This document shows, one piece after another, positions 26,201 to 39,900 of a stretch of 64,000 nt of DNA. Position 1 is the stretch's first letter. The number at the start of each line of letters is the position of its first letter. The notes below the pieces were generated by a model. That model was not told the origin of the DNA, searched no databases, and saw nothing but the letters and a program-made list of their open reading frames with translations. The stretch comes from Lingula anatina. Lineage: Eukaryota; Animalia; Brachiopoda. The translations under genes and the position numbers were made by a program. The stretch is taken from contig CM120643.1 in assembly GCA_051362555.1 (NCBI GenBank), positions 24,308,848 through 24,372,847 on the forward strand. Direction: 5' to 3'.

Positions 26201-28021
26201 TTCTAGATCAATTTGCACATACTATAAATCTTTGTTAAGATTCATAAGTTGCCATCTCCAACCACTATAAGTCTCCAATCCATATATTAATTACCTCAGG
26301 TTTCAACGTTTTTCACAAGAAAGCATGGTTCTTGGGCAGATTTAGGCCGTCTTCTGGGTCTTCCGGAAGACAGTCAGAATTTCAAGTTTACATGGACAAG
26401 AATCTAATTTTTTTCGTCAGAAGACGGTCAAAAATGGAGGATAGATCAATAAAGATAATTTGGAAGCCTGTCAGAAAATATCTCTGGATCCCCCCCCCTG
26501 CGGTTATACCATTCATTTTGCTTTAATCTTAGTCCATCTGAAGACTTGTGTTAGTCTGATAAAAGAAATTTAGCCTCTGTACTTTTTAACAAATTATGGC
26601 ACTCATTATTTATTATCTGCTTTTTGTCTGTACATTTGACAGCTTTGCTGCCTTGTTAACAAGTTGTGGCACTCATTTCCAGGTGCAGATATAGATGCCA
26701 CTGCCTTGAAGGTCCAGATACCTGAGGAAGAAGGGGGCAGTATGCTTTTTATATACAGGTACAAGAAAACCATAATTCCTTCTGAAAAAAAAAAATAATT
26801 GAAGGGGAATCATTTGAGTCACATTGTGTTCAGCTGGCTTTTAATTCAAAGAGATTAAAAAAGAATGTGAGTGAAACTATATTTTCATACATGAATTGAA
26901 GTTGGCCATACTAGATCTTTTAATGCCATTGGGTAAGTTACCATAACAAAATTCAAAATTTGCTTAATAAGTGATGTAAATGGTAACACCTGTTTGGAGA
27001 CATTTTTATTCTATTTAATGAGAGAGTTATGTCCTGCGTATGTTAAGTTGAACATGGATTGGCAGGCATTAAATAATGTTTTAAGTAAGAACGGAACATA
27101 TTTGGGGAATTTGCTGCAAGTAAAACACATGACACTACTATAAAAAACTGGCATGTGCCAGTTGGCAAATACTTAGTCTAAATCTAACAGTACATGCGCA
27201 CTGCATGCATATACTTTGGTATGGAAAATAGAACTGTACAATCAGTCCCGTAGCTAGGGGTGGTTCGGGGGGTTCGAAAGAACCACCCCTTTTGCTGGGT
27301 AAAATTTGATCTAGGTACATGAAGTTTTTATGGGAAAAGGTCCACTTTTTCAAAAAAAAAAAAAAAAAAGAACCCCCCCCTTTTGAAATTGCTGGCTACA
27401 GGCCAGACAATCTATAATGTTCTTCACTTTGATGTATACAGGTCATGTCTGTACTGGGCCATAGATCGAGATCAAGCCAGTCTGGTCAAGATGCTTATCC
27501 AGTATGGGGCAGACACCTCATTAATGGATGACCAAGGGAATCGGCCCATCCATCATTGCTGCTGGGAGTCTGTACAAATGGACTGCGCGTGGGAAGTGAT
27601 TAAAGGGGGTGGTCTCATTTCTACTAAAGAAAACACGGTTTTGAATGACAAAAGGGTGTCTAACCAGCCATCTCTGTTCAGGACTCTACTATGGCAGCTA
27701 CATGTTGAGCCCGATGCGCAGATGTTGGTGAAGATACTGCGGATGTTGGTAATTTGGGGGTACAGTGTCCACACTACAGAGGCCCATCAAATCGTATCTA
27801 CACTTCACTTAGCGGACATAACAATGGTTGAAGACCCTGAAAATTTCAAGTCATTTGTTCAGTGGTTTGAAGAAAAGGTAAAAAACCCACACACTCTGAA
27901 GCATTCATGTTGTTTGAGCATAAGAACTGCCCTCGGAAGTAAGAAATTGAGGGACAAAATCTACTCTCTGCCACTCCCACACCAGCTACAGATACATTTG
28001 TCAATGGAGGACTGCATTTAA
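23261..28021 (+). CDS. Ankyrin repeat and SOCS box (ASB-family) protein, ~347 aa, 5 coding exons
   Basis: Exons 23261-23353, 24505-24682, 25840-25956, 26683-26758, 27442-28021; GT-AG, in phase, 1044 nt. Ankyrin-like motifs: ETALCVAIR..LLLHSGADPN, SPLLLL..LLEAGADIDA, SCLYWAI..MLIQYGADTS..GNRPIH. C-terminal SOCS box: PHTLKHSCCLSIRTALG...IYSLPLPHQLQIHL. Confidence 0.9.
24724..25072 (+). mobile_element. Helentron/HINE-like non-autonomous element (degenerate copy)
   Basis: TTACCTTCGACAAGGAGGTT ... CTTGATGGAGGTCACACTCT..TGCTTTT; homologous to 25192-25435. Confidence 0.55.
25192..25435 (+). mobile_element. Helentron/HINE-like non-autonomous element
   Basis: Subterminal inverted repeat ACCTCCACCAAGG / CCTTGGTGGAGGT, (TGTY)n tract, 3' hairpin GCGCTCT..AGAGTGC and TTTTCTAGT end. 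Confidence 0.65.
26331..26500 (+). mobile_element. Second copy of the 167-bp MITE (5-bp TSD TGGTT/CGGTT)
   Basis: Shares TTTAGGCCGTCTTCTGGGTCTTCCGGAAGAC...AAAGATAATTTGGAAG..TGTCAGAAAATA.CTCTGGATC with 21610-21776. Confidence 0.85.
27243..27406. mobile_element. MITE with CAG..CCGTAGC termini and 5-bp TSD ACAAT
   Basis: CAGTCCCGTAGCTAGG ... CTGGCTACAGGCCAG; ACAAT at 27238-27242 and 27407-27411. Lies just upstream of the last ASB acceptor and explains the spurious N-terminus of track ORF 27383..28021. Confidence 0.75.
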
Positions 28022-29399
28022 CATTATTTAACGCGAGCTGAGAGTGCCAATGCGTTGTCTACACTGGATATTATAGTTGAAAAGATCTCGAGACACCTTA
28101 ACATTTACCAACTTTACTTATAAGAACGGGAGTTGATCATAAAGCACCATTTTGCATGTGTTGCATCGACTGCAAAACGAGCAAGAGTCAGTATTTTTGG
28201 TGTTCTTATTGTGGAAAAGTCACTCTGGTCAGGTTAATTGCTATACTCAGCACTCTGTATATGTACACATACCAGTATACTGTGTATAGGAAAAGGTATG
28301 GAAAAGTGAAATTAGGGAAAAATTTTAAAGGAACCTCAGTTGATTTTGAATGGTATATATGTTTTATTTATGCATGTACCTTCTGTGGTACTTTCAGTCT
28401 CTAGGTACTTTTAGAAGGCATGTTTTAAAATTTTATGATTTCATCTACTAAAATATATATCACATGGTGCTGAGATGAATGCAGACTAGACATGATTGAA
28501 GTGACACCTGGCAAACAAAATACAACAGTGACACCTGGTTGACGAAGCATGCTGGTGACACATGGTTAAATGTACACTAAGGCAGCACTTAATTGATATA
28601 TATATATAAAGGCAGTAAAATTGTGTCAAAGAAATATCGTCATTTACAGAGTTCTTGAGATGACAATTTCCATTGCTTTATGATGACCTACATTTTGTTA
28701 GAATGCTATTCTTTCTAATATACTCCTGGCAAGCATATTTTTAAATAAATAAAAATTATAAAAATTGATTTGCCTCAAATTGCCTGCCTGTTTAATATCT
28801 CGTTCTTTGGTCAAATGTTCAGCCTTTTAGTCTGTCTGCTGTATGTAACTGCCAAATCAATCTTATGATAAATAAGAATCTAAACACTCTTTATTGTGTA
28901 CATCTTGTCAATATATATAACGTACATCCTATCACTATTAAACAGTGATTATAATAAAACTCGGATGGATCAAGAAACTATTCACTCAGCCAGGATCAGC
29001 AAGCGCGTGGCCGTGCTCCAGAAATTGTGTTAGAGGTGACTGGGATTGCTACTGTAATCGAAGTTAGGGAATTTACTATAATTCTTTTTCTCAGGGAGCT
29101 ATGTTGTTTAAATTCAAGTCCATTGCATAACTGTATAACTTCTCAAATGGAGATTGTATTTTTTTTAGAGATTTCAAGATGTATTTTGGACCTATAATCT
29201 CCCCTAATCTCTATAGAGTGTTTTGTACTAGTATGCTATAAGTAAAATATATATACATATTAAATAAAATAAAAGAGCAAAAGACATGAAAAAAATTGTA
29301 TTTTTTTTTCTCCGTATCTTTTTTTCAAATTGATTTTACCTACTTTTTAATCGCATTTACTCAATGAGCTCTTTTTTTCTTAGTGTCATTTTTCAAAAG

Positions 29400-29890
29400 T
29401 TACGTCCATGGGTCCCCGTGCCTCCGTAAGCCTACGCGTGCTCAGGTGGTAACTGCACGTGACTTCGCCTGCAGAGCTTTGTTTACTCACGTGACAGGGG
29501 TCGTGACGGGGTCGGTTTGTCTAAATATAGTACACTTTATTTTAAATGACAGTGTTGATATTGAGTTATATATCTTCGTATTTCTTTAGATACCCGGCGC
29601 ATACATTAACCCTTCACGATTTTCAATCTTTTCCCTCCTTTTGATCATTTTTACAAATATGTGAATGAGATATGGCCTTTACTGGTAGGTTAAGCTGACC
29701 TGTCTAGTAGACTTCACGGATGTACAATTGACTTTTAGCACGTCAAATTGTCATAACATCATCTCCCTGTCAAAACACAATCATATACTAAGTGGTCATT
29801 TGACACAATCATCTAGTTTGCATTTTTTTTCCTACACATTGTAGAAGAGATGCTGCCGTTCGATCGACCGGCGAGTTACACGTGACCGCT
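29400..29890 (+). promoter_or_regulatory. CpG-rich putative promoter/first exon of the fusion gene, with E-box (CACGTGAC) cluster
   Basis: Local CpG enrichment. CACGTGAC at 29456-29463, 29488-29495 and 29879-29886; TGTTTAC at 29480-29486; splice donor G|GTAGGT after 29684. Confidence 0.55.
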
Positions 29891-32800
29891 GTTGACGGTC
29901 AGTGAGACGGCTTTTAAATAGGTCAGCTGCCTTGACCTAGATATCCCCCACGTCTCTGACAGCACATGTGTGGGTACGCCGTAATTCACATTTGTGTGGG
30001 ATAGCTGGCTATAATATATATATATCAGGTGAGTGGCATGACAATGAAACATAACAGCATGTGTTAAATGAAGAAGATAGAGCATTGTCAATATTTAAAA
30101 CGAACAGCAGGAGTGACAGAGAGGCATAAAGTAATTTTTAAAGATACCCGGTAAATGCATGAGGTACGCTGTAACGATTTTCCGCCCTAGCGATTGCCAT
30201 GGCTATATGCTGTGTATATGGCATTGGAACTACGAAATATACTGATCTGCAGGCAGTTTGCATGCATTATGTATGTTTCTAATTCATAATTAAAATTTTT
30301 AAATCTTTGTATTGACTAACCATGATTATTATATATTATTAATAATAATAATAATAATAATTATTATTATTATTATTCCAGAGGGGGTATGTTTTGCTCT
30401 TCTAGGCTGTGTGTCTGTGTATGTGGGAAATGAGCCCATTCTCATAGACACCACAAGGCTTAACACTAACTTTTTTTGATACTGGCCCAAGATATCAATC
30501 GGTAAATATGCAAGGATGATTTGACACATGACATTTTACTTGCTCTTTGGGCCAGTGACCTCAGTTATTCAATGGCCCTGGGTTGGTTTTCAGTGGCCCA
30601 GGACCAATGGGCCACCCTTAATGTCAAGCCCTGCACCATCAGTCTTTGTACTTAGATCAATCCAATTCTGCTGGGACTCTCGCTGAGTGCAATCAGCTTA
30701 ACTGAACTTCATGACTTAATTCTCTTGTTTCCAACATACTCAAATAATCACCAGCTTTTTTGTATTCTAACAATACTTAACACCAAGAGAAGGCATATTC
30801 TAATAAAGCTGTGAAACTGAGTCTCCATGGAGTTGGATTGATCTACGTAGACCGATATTGTCTATGGGAATGGGGCCTTATACATCAATCAGTTGCAATG
30901 CAGGGGCAGATCCAGAGATATTCTCTGACAGTCTTCCAAATTATTTTTATTGATCTATCCGCTATTTTTGACCGTCTTCCGGCAGAAAAAAATATATACC
31001 CGTCAATGAAAACTTTAAAATCTGACCGTCTCCCGGAAGACCCAGAAGTCGACGGTCTCGATCCTCCCCTGCAATGCACAGTTCTCATTTAAGACCTACA
31101 TATATAGACAGCTAGCACTAGAATGTAAGGCACCCATTATTATGATATTACGTCATGTGCCAGATATAGTGTCACGAGATGTCAGTCAGGTTGGTCAAAG
31201 CATGATAACAGTATCTTAACCTATGACCTGCATGTACTAGTACATGTATACCCCTCTATATATGTTTCATGCATTAGTATATGATATTGGTTGGTCCAAA
31301 AAATCGTCCATGCTGTTATTGGTCAATATTATGATTGGTGCTGACAGTATATCGGTATTGAGTCGTATCAGACTTACTATTCCTTGATATGAATATTAAT
31401 TTATCATCTGTGCAGATTACATAATTATTGAGATACATTATCAGTTGGCAAATGCCATTTTGTAGGCTTGAAATTAACCTGGTAAAAATAGGTTGGATTG
31501 AAGTCAGTTAGTCACATTTGCATGGTATAAATACTAGTACATTGAAATATGATATCTTACTTGAATTTTAAATACAATATTTCTTGTTATTTTTGTGAAT
31601 TCAGTGAAGTTTATAATAATTAAGCAGATATCTGGTAAAATCCAAGTGTCTTTCCTCGAGTTATCAAATTATCAATGTAAACACCCCCTACCTCTCCCCC
31701 CCCCCCCTCTCCCCCCGAGTTAGGAATTGTATCATGTTCTTTCAATAATAAGATTGTAAACCAAGATGAGTGGGCCATGCTCATATGTACTTTCAGGTAA
31801 AAACATAAGAAATATAATTATTCCAATGAAATGCTGTGGTAGAGTGGTTGCAGGGAAAATCAAAGGAATAGAAGCAAAGGCTTTGTCTAGAGTTTATTAG
31901 CTTATGGATGGATGTGTCCTATGAATAAGTTCTGAGGTCACTAGACCTAGGTTATTTTCCCCTGATCTGTTTAACATATATCCAGTTCCTAGTAAATGAT
32001 TATGATAGAAATAAATGGATTAGGAATAGTATAATACTGTTGGAGGAAGGAACGTCACAAATATATGAGACATGCTGATGATACAGATGTCATTGCAACA
32101 TATTGCAAGAGAAACTACAGACATTATTGAATAAAGTGGGAGGTGAAAACAGAAAATGGGCCTCACAAGAAAATGGAATGTATGGTTCTTGGTTTACAGA
32201 AAAAGCAGCACCTGCCTGGTCAGTGAAGTTAAAATAAAGGGCAACAGCATCAAGCAAGTCAAGGGCTTCAATTATATATAGTACCTAGTAGGAAGCAGGA
32301 TAACCATTGATGGCAGGTGTGGAGCAGACAGTCGGTGCCGTAAACTTAACAGCTTACTGGCCATTCAGGTCACCGGTTTCTTGAATCTACTGGTCCGAAT
32401 AAAAATTATCTGGTTCGAATGAAAAATTCCATCAGACCTGACATTTATCCCTATTACTTTAATACTAGTAGTAATAAGACATTAAATTTGTCAATTTTTT
32501 TTTTAATTTAGAAACATTAAAGATATACATTTCAGTAAAAATAAACTAATAGCATCTCAAAATTTTGTAGGGATTCTCCTAGACTTTGTCATCATTTTAA
32601 TTGTTGGATTCATGACCATGAGTTATTTTAATCCTAAAACAGTAAATGTGGAATAAGACTAAAATTTTAGTTGCCTGACTACAGAAATCAGTTGCGCCGG
32701 GACAAGTAACACAAGTACATACTGGTGAGTGTGACAAGCCATGCACTCAAACATATTTAACAGAAATTGTGGGAAAAGGTTAGTTTTTTAATGAAAACAA

Positions 32801-32902
32801 AATCTGGTGGCCATGTTGGACCACTAAATTCACAAGTTCTGAAGTCATCTGAAGAAAGGAAGTTGCTTAGTTTCATGATAGTCAGTGTCCTGCAAGGACA
32901 AG

Positions 32903-32958
<56 letters not shown>

Positions 32959-33910
32959 GTGGTTGAATGCATGAAAAAAAAAATTAAATAAATAAACTAT
33001 ATTTGACCAGTTCAACCTTTAACTTATATGTTAAAGTTAACATTATAAAAGATTTTAGGCATTTGTTGGACAGAATTTAATCTGTAATTGTACACATCAG
33101 CAAAAGAAACATTAATGTACATTTAACCTCATGCTTTGTCACACATCATAGAATGTTAACCTCCTAATGTGTACAATATTTATTATATATATCAATTTGT
33201 TCCACTTCCCTGGCTCAAAAATCATTCAGTAGTCATTGCTAAAATCAGGCATGCATATCAGTTGCTGTCACAAAAGATATAGAGAGGAATAGGTCTCTAC
33301 TTAGCCTAATAGATTTCAAAATACTAGTACTATTAGTATTATTAGTACTTGTGAATGTACCCATTGCTGTCACAGGTTGAGGAGAAGGCCAGGTAAAATT
33401 GATAAGTGGGTTAATGAGCTCTGGCTCTGTAAACAGGGTCGATAGACCAAATTCATTTATTTATTTATTTTTGAGTCTTATTTTAGATGGCCCAGAAATG
33501 TCGGGTCCATAATTTTGAGCATAAGAACAACATAATTAAGGCTGCTTTCACAACCAGTTGAACTGTAGACTACTGATAACTAGTCTGTGGATCAAATGTG
33601 GCACAGCTTATTTGAAAGCATTCAGAGATTCCCCCCTGCAGGGACTGCGTATGTGGGAAGTGGGAATTCCATTGTCAGGTGTGTGCCATATTTGATCCAC
33701 GAATTAATTAGTCCACGGAACAACTGGTTGTGAACATGGCCTAAAGCTTATTTAATGGTCTGTTTTAAACTTCTCCCATTTCCTCAGCTAATACCTGATG
33801 CAAGCTGTAGAAATGTGGTTCTGTTCATGAGAAGAATGTGAGGAATATCGTGGAATATATATAAATATCTCCCACTTCCTGAGCTAATATCCAATGTACT
33901 TTTGCCATTC

Positions 33911-33941
<31 letters not shown>

Positions 33942-36900
33942 AACCATTAACCAGTGTACATATTACATATCTGGCCTAAGAATAGCATTTTACTTAGTTC
34001 AACCAGTGCATGCCATTTGAAAAAGGTCATTGACATCACAATTTTATTGTGTTTTATTTTTGCTAAGATTGAATACAAACCAGTTTGTTTTGTAAAACAA
34101 ACCCATGGCAAGTACTAGTACCTCTAGATAAACTGAGGTGTGACATTTGGCTTCGATGACATTTTCATCGTCTTGAAGATATTGAAAGTTATAATATATA
34201 ATGTTAATTTATACAAATCCAGGTCTCTGTTCGTCCGCCCAGAAACAACCAGTTGCTTAATGGCCATTTGCAGTCAAACCTGGCTTCCCATCAGCCTCCT
34301 TGTCTCTGCAATACAGTTCCTGGAAAAACAACTTTTTGTATTGGTAAGTACCAGTATGCATATTGACATAGTTGTTCTTAGAACATTTATCTAGAACTCT
34401 TTGACAGCTAGGGCAAAATTTATTTCATGTTTCTATCTTTATTTTTTGCAGGATACTTTGCATGTATAACCTTTTTATTTTTTGGTAATATCTGTAATAT
34501 ATATATATGATACCAATTGCATTATTTTTTGTCAAATACAATTGTAACATTAAGATATATTCTTGTACTGGGTCACTCATCATTGGGCTGAATAATGTTA
34601 CTCAAGTGGTATATATTGTTAAAATTCATACTAGTTACAAAAGAAGATGTCAATTATTCAATGCAAATAGGAAAAGGGGGAATCAAAAATTCATTTTATT
34701 TTTTAAAGATACGCGTTCACAAAAGTTTTTTCAACTAATAATGTGTCCTTGGTTAAGAGCGATGATTTTGCAGTACTCATTACTATGAAGTACTAGTACT
34801 TGTGCTGTTATATAATACATTAATTTCTTGAATAAAATATGTACATGTATAATGCAAAAGTAGAATGCCTATAAAATTTCTGCCCAATTCATTGTCTCAT
34901 GGATGATATATTAGACCGTACAATGGAAAATTACAAGTTAAGTTCTGGCTCAAACCAAAATATTTGTACCCAGAGCAGAAACTGAAATTTGTGATTAAAA
35001 AAAAACAAAAAACTTCAAAACATAGCCCTGTGTATCATGTAATTGTTTCAGGTGAAGTGGTACGATATATATATCTACACTCCAATTGAACGTTTCACGT
35101 CCCCAGTGGTGTCGCGAATTCCTCGTTACATTACATTCGGAGAGCACCAATATGTGGTGTTTAGTGCCAACATAGTATCCTGGTTGAGAACTCTACTGGT
35201 AGTACCAATTGCTATTTATTTGAAGTAAGTACATGATGTATATTTAAAGTATTAATTAAAAATTTTTTTTATATAATTTATGTGCAGTTATGTTTATTTT
35301 TATGCATTTATTATTTTTTAATTTATGATTATTTGTTTATAAACATTAAGTTATTATTATTATTATTATTATTGGTGGTGGTGGTGTTATTGTTGTTGTA
35401 ATATTTATTAATTTTCTTTTTGACAATTCTGTTTGTTCTGTCAGATTTCTTTTGCCAGATTTATTTTAGTGGTTTTCATTGTCTCATTGTCATGTCTTGT
35501 AGTAGTTAACAATTTTAAACATCATCGCTATAAAGTGTGCTTCTTTCAGTTTGCCTTTGTTCGATAACAGTTAGCCCTTTTTTAAAGACCTAATTTTTAA
35601 CATTAAAACATTTTCACCACTGCCTGCCTAGTATCAATGACAGCTTGATGTTATTATATCACCAGCTGGGGATATTTATATAATTATAATATAAATATAT
35701 GATAATAATATAAATATTATGAGTACATGTTGTTTTAATTCCCTTTCCTGTTATGACAGCTAACTAAAGATTTAAAAATGAAATTGCTGAAGTAAAAAAG
35801 TAAGCAATTATTTTATTGATTAACCAAAATAAATTAGTGTTTGTAACTGGTAGTGATAACTTATTGTGTAAAGTATGTGATAACATGAACCTAGCATCCA
35901 CTTTTCTTTTACTTCATCTTGAGATGTGACCTTTTCTTCCATTTGAACTAATTTTATCGTATGTCTTAAATCTATTTAAACTTGCCTATTATTTTGTTTT
36001 TTTCTCATTTGTTCATTATTAAATTATCCTAAATGGCTATTTATTTTATTTTTCCTTGCTGTTGTTACGAAATCTTTTTCAGCTACATTATTTTGGTTGA
36101 CTTAATTTTCATGTTAAATAACAATTACTTGAAGAACCCAGATTTTCTTTCACTTCTGATTTTAGGTGTGGTCATTTTTCAACATGCTTCTGGCTGGTCA
36201 TTTTGCATGACTATCTTGACCATGTGGATGGTATAGTAGCCAGGGTTCAGCGAGAGCACTATGGTCCTGTTGACGACCCAATTTTGGGTGGTTTCATGGA
36301 TGCATTCTGTGATAAGGTACTGTAGCAGAGGCATCTCTTTTTGCTCTAATAATATGTGTATCATAAACTCAAGAGTTTCTGAACAATTATAAATTAAATA
36401 TAAAATATTTTGTGCGCCATCCTCTAGTGTGTCAGTGTTTTCAAAGCAGGTTAATCTCTGAAATTAAGTTACATTGTGTTTTAATGTACCATTATAAGTT
36501 ACTGTACATTGTCATTTTGTGTTTGCTGGAATACTTTCAAATTGCTTTCTGCCTGGGAATGCATTTCTTTTTATCAAATCCTCAAATTTATTCATTGTTC
36601 AATCCAGCCATGAAAAGTCAAAATTATCACGTTTAATTCATGTCGCAAGCTTTGATTCTTTATCACACAAACTTCAACTATTACTGTATTATATCATCAC
36701 CTTATTTAAGGTGTTTCATGTTTTACTGACATCAGTGCCAAAGGAAAACATGTTATTCATAATTAAGTACAGTAACTGATACAGAAATAAATAGTATCAG
36801 AAATAAAATTGTTTTACTCATGATGACATCTAATAATTGCATTATGAAAGATAATTCATAGTATTGCAATTGCAAAGCACAATTTTCAGCTGTTAAACAT

Positions 36901-39900
36901 TGAATGGCAGCTGGTAAAGAGATGGGCACAGTTTAAACCTTGATAAATTAACAATTAAGTGATTAAATGATGATTACGAACAAAGAATGAATAAATGATA
37001 TTTGACAGCATTGTTTAATATAATGTAATTACAGAAGTGTTTTCTGTTTGATGCTGCAAATATTTCAGGATTGCCCAAAACATGGCATATGACCAAGGAT
37101 GGAAATTCAAACTTCACCTCAGTCCAAAAGTTGCAGTCACATTTAGGTAGTCAGGCAGTCGCAGTCATGCTATGCCACTGGATATCTGAGATGTGATAGT
37201 CACTTTTATTACATGTGGTGAATTAATCACTCTTTCTTTGTTTTCTTTTACATGTAGTCTATATGCCAAGCTCATATATATTGCCTGCATGTTCGGTACA
37301 ATTTAGGATAATTATGGCAAATTTGATGATGTTTTACTGAAAAAATATTCATTGTTTAGATCTATAATTTTTTGACATCCTGATGAAGGTTTTGTCTAGT
37401 TTTTACCAAGACTTGCTCCCAACTGTCAGTGATTTTTGCTGATTACTAACAAGGTCAACAATGTCTACATGAAAAGTAGAAATCATCAAAAGGAGTGAAA
37501 GTACTTTCTCAGCAGTGAATATTTTCATCTGTATAACTAGCTACAGAACCAGTGAAATTATTTTCTCATATGTTGATGAAACAGAGCAAACTTTTGAAGA
37601 TTAAAAATTGCATACAATCATGTTATTACCCCAGTCACCATTTGTCAGAAGGCGCGTTTACTCCATGCCGTACTTGAACTGGTAATAGTCCAAGTGATGT
37701 CTCCAGAAAAGACTATTGGTTAATAAAGAATTTGCATTTAGATTTCTAGGACTTGGAAGTGGTTCTCAAATATGATCATTTGTTGGGACGCCAGTTTGAC
37801 CAAGTGCTATTTAAGTTGGACCTTGTCTGAACACACAGTCAGAAGGAAACTTGACTGGATTGTCTTTGATTTTTGGAATTGTTATATATTTTCTCTCTGT
37901 ATATAAACATAACGTTTTTTCATGCAGATATTTTCCAAAGTAATATAATAACAATTAGATTGTTTGCAATGATAAATGTTATGAGAAAAAATACTGTAAG
38001 GATTTCTGAATTGCTTTTAAACCTTTTGCAGTTACTCTTCAACAGTGTTCTTTTTAATTCTACAATAACTGAAAAAGGATTAATGAACATCCTAGTAAAA
38101 GGATATATATGCACACATCATGTTATCGCAAAACATGTTTGCGACAAATGTACACACAAATCCTGCCCAAAAATAGTTGTTGAATTTTGGAGTTATTACA
38201 TGGCTGAAAGGATGTTCACTTTGTCTCTGCCATTGCAAATTATGGAGAGAGCCTCTGAAACAAACTTTAAAAGGAATTAAAGGCAAGATATATTAATGAA
38301 AACGTAATAGCTCGTGCATACTTTGATATAGTACATTATTTTGGTTAAAACTTATAATCATGTTAGCACAGAACAAAACAAGATCATACATTTAGAACAA
38401 ATTATTACTGCAGTATGGCAGATTAAGAAACAGATGATGTTCATGTAACAGTATACTCTAGTGACTACTCATACCAGCTAAAACCATGTTCATTTCTCCT
38501 GTCATAGTTAATTTATAGTGATTAGTATATTTCTGTGTCTGGACATCAATCTTCTCCTCATATTGTGTAATTCAAGGGTCCAAATTCTTAGGTCTGTTCA
38601 ATAATAATTGTTCTGATGATCAAAATTGGAACTATGGCAGTCTTTTTTTTTTCTTTTTTTTTTTTTGTACATGCTAGCTGCATGGAAGCAAAATGGTTTC
38701 TATAGTTCTTGATAATGTAAGTGGCATTTATTAATACATTACATGTAGGTATTTGGGGTAGGTGTAAGAGAAAGGAGTGTAGAGGAAGGGCAAGTAATTT
38801 ACCAATTTAAAAGGTTTAAACTGTGAGTATAATTGATTATAATGGACTGCTGCTCCAGTTTAAGACAAACACTGCCCTATGTTATATAATTTGATGGAGT
38901 ACCTGCCTTCCTGAAGGAAATTTCCTTCACACAAAGATGATTTAATGACGTTCCAGTATAGATTTTCGTTGTCTAAATTAATTGACTTAATTGCCATGTA
39001 TAAGTGATGTTTGCAGTCACGTACTTAATTTGTTGTTTGTTCAAAATACATTTATTACATTAAAATATAAATTGGTCATAATGAAATTGTTGTACTCGTA
39101 ATTAATGTATGCAGTAATACACACCTGTATATTTCTACCAGTAGATTGTGGCTATATATATTCATGTACATAGTATATTATACTACCAGTAGTATGTCCC
39201 AAAATGCTACCCTGATACACAATGAATCATCAGTTGAAAAAAACATACCTGTACCTATTTGAAGTTCTTGTTACATATCTGGATTTTTCCAGCACCATAC
39301 ATATATGTGCAGTTACGTTTCAGGTAAATGAGCTTTAAAAAGAAAACTGAATTTCACACCCATGATTCTCTGAAAATTTGCAAGTTAAATGAAATTAAGG
39401 TTATTGACACATTAAAAATTGGGCTTCTGTAAGCAGTATGTTTTGCTTTGTGTTAATTTATATACATGTAAATGCAATACCACTATATGCAAAGATTACA
39501 TAATATTATACAGTACATACTAGTATTACAATATACCAGGTTTGTAACCTTTTTATAATTATGATACTTTGATTAATCAAAATGAGAAACAGAGAACAGA
39601 CCAAACCTGTTTTCAAGGCAATGTTGGATAAACTAAAAAAAAAAAAAATTAAAAAATATTATTTGAGGGGACAGATGGTGACTTTGGTAAATATTCTATA
39701 AAAGTTGACAATATGTTTTACAAAGTTAATAGCATGCACACTTGTATACATGTTTTGCCCATAATAAAGCATTATAATATTATATGACTTTTGGCTGGGC
39801 TGTCGCAGCTTTTCAATAATCTGCTAAATTTAATTTAATTACAAGTATGTGATTACCTAATTTTACTAATTTACTTATGTTCTTATGAAATAACTTCAGT

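Noticed and set aside
27383-27441. N-terminus of track ORF 27383..28021 as the ASB start
   Set aside because: It derives from a MITE end and intron; the real exon begins at 27442 after TATACAG.
26332-31088. Similar short ORFs at 26332..26526 and 30885..31088 as a small paralogous gene family
   Set aside because: They are translations of copies of the same non-coding MITE.
37069-37146. Exon-like segment (TTTCAG|GATTGCC...TTTAG|GTAGTC) in the fusion-gene intron
   Set aside because: It has an in-frame TGA after 7 codons, and exons 36316 and 39985 join cleanly without it. It could be a poison exon but is unsupported.
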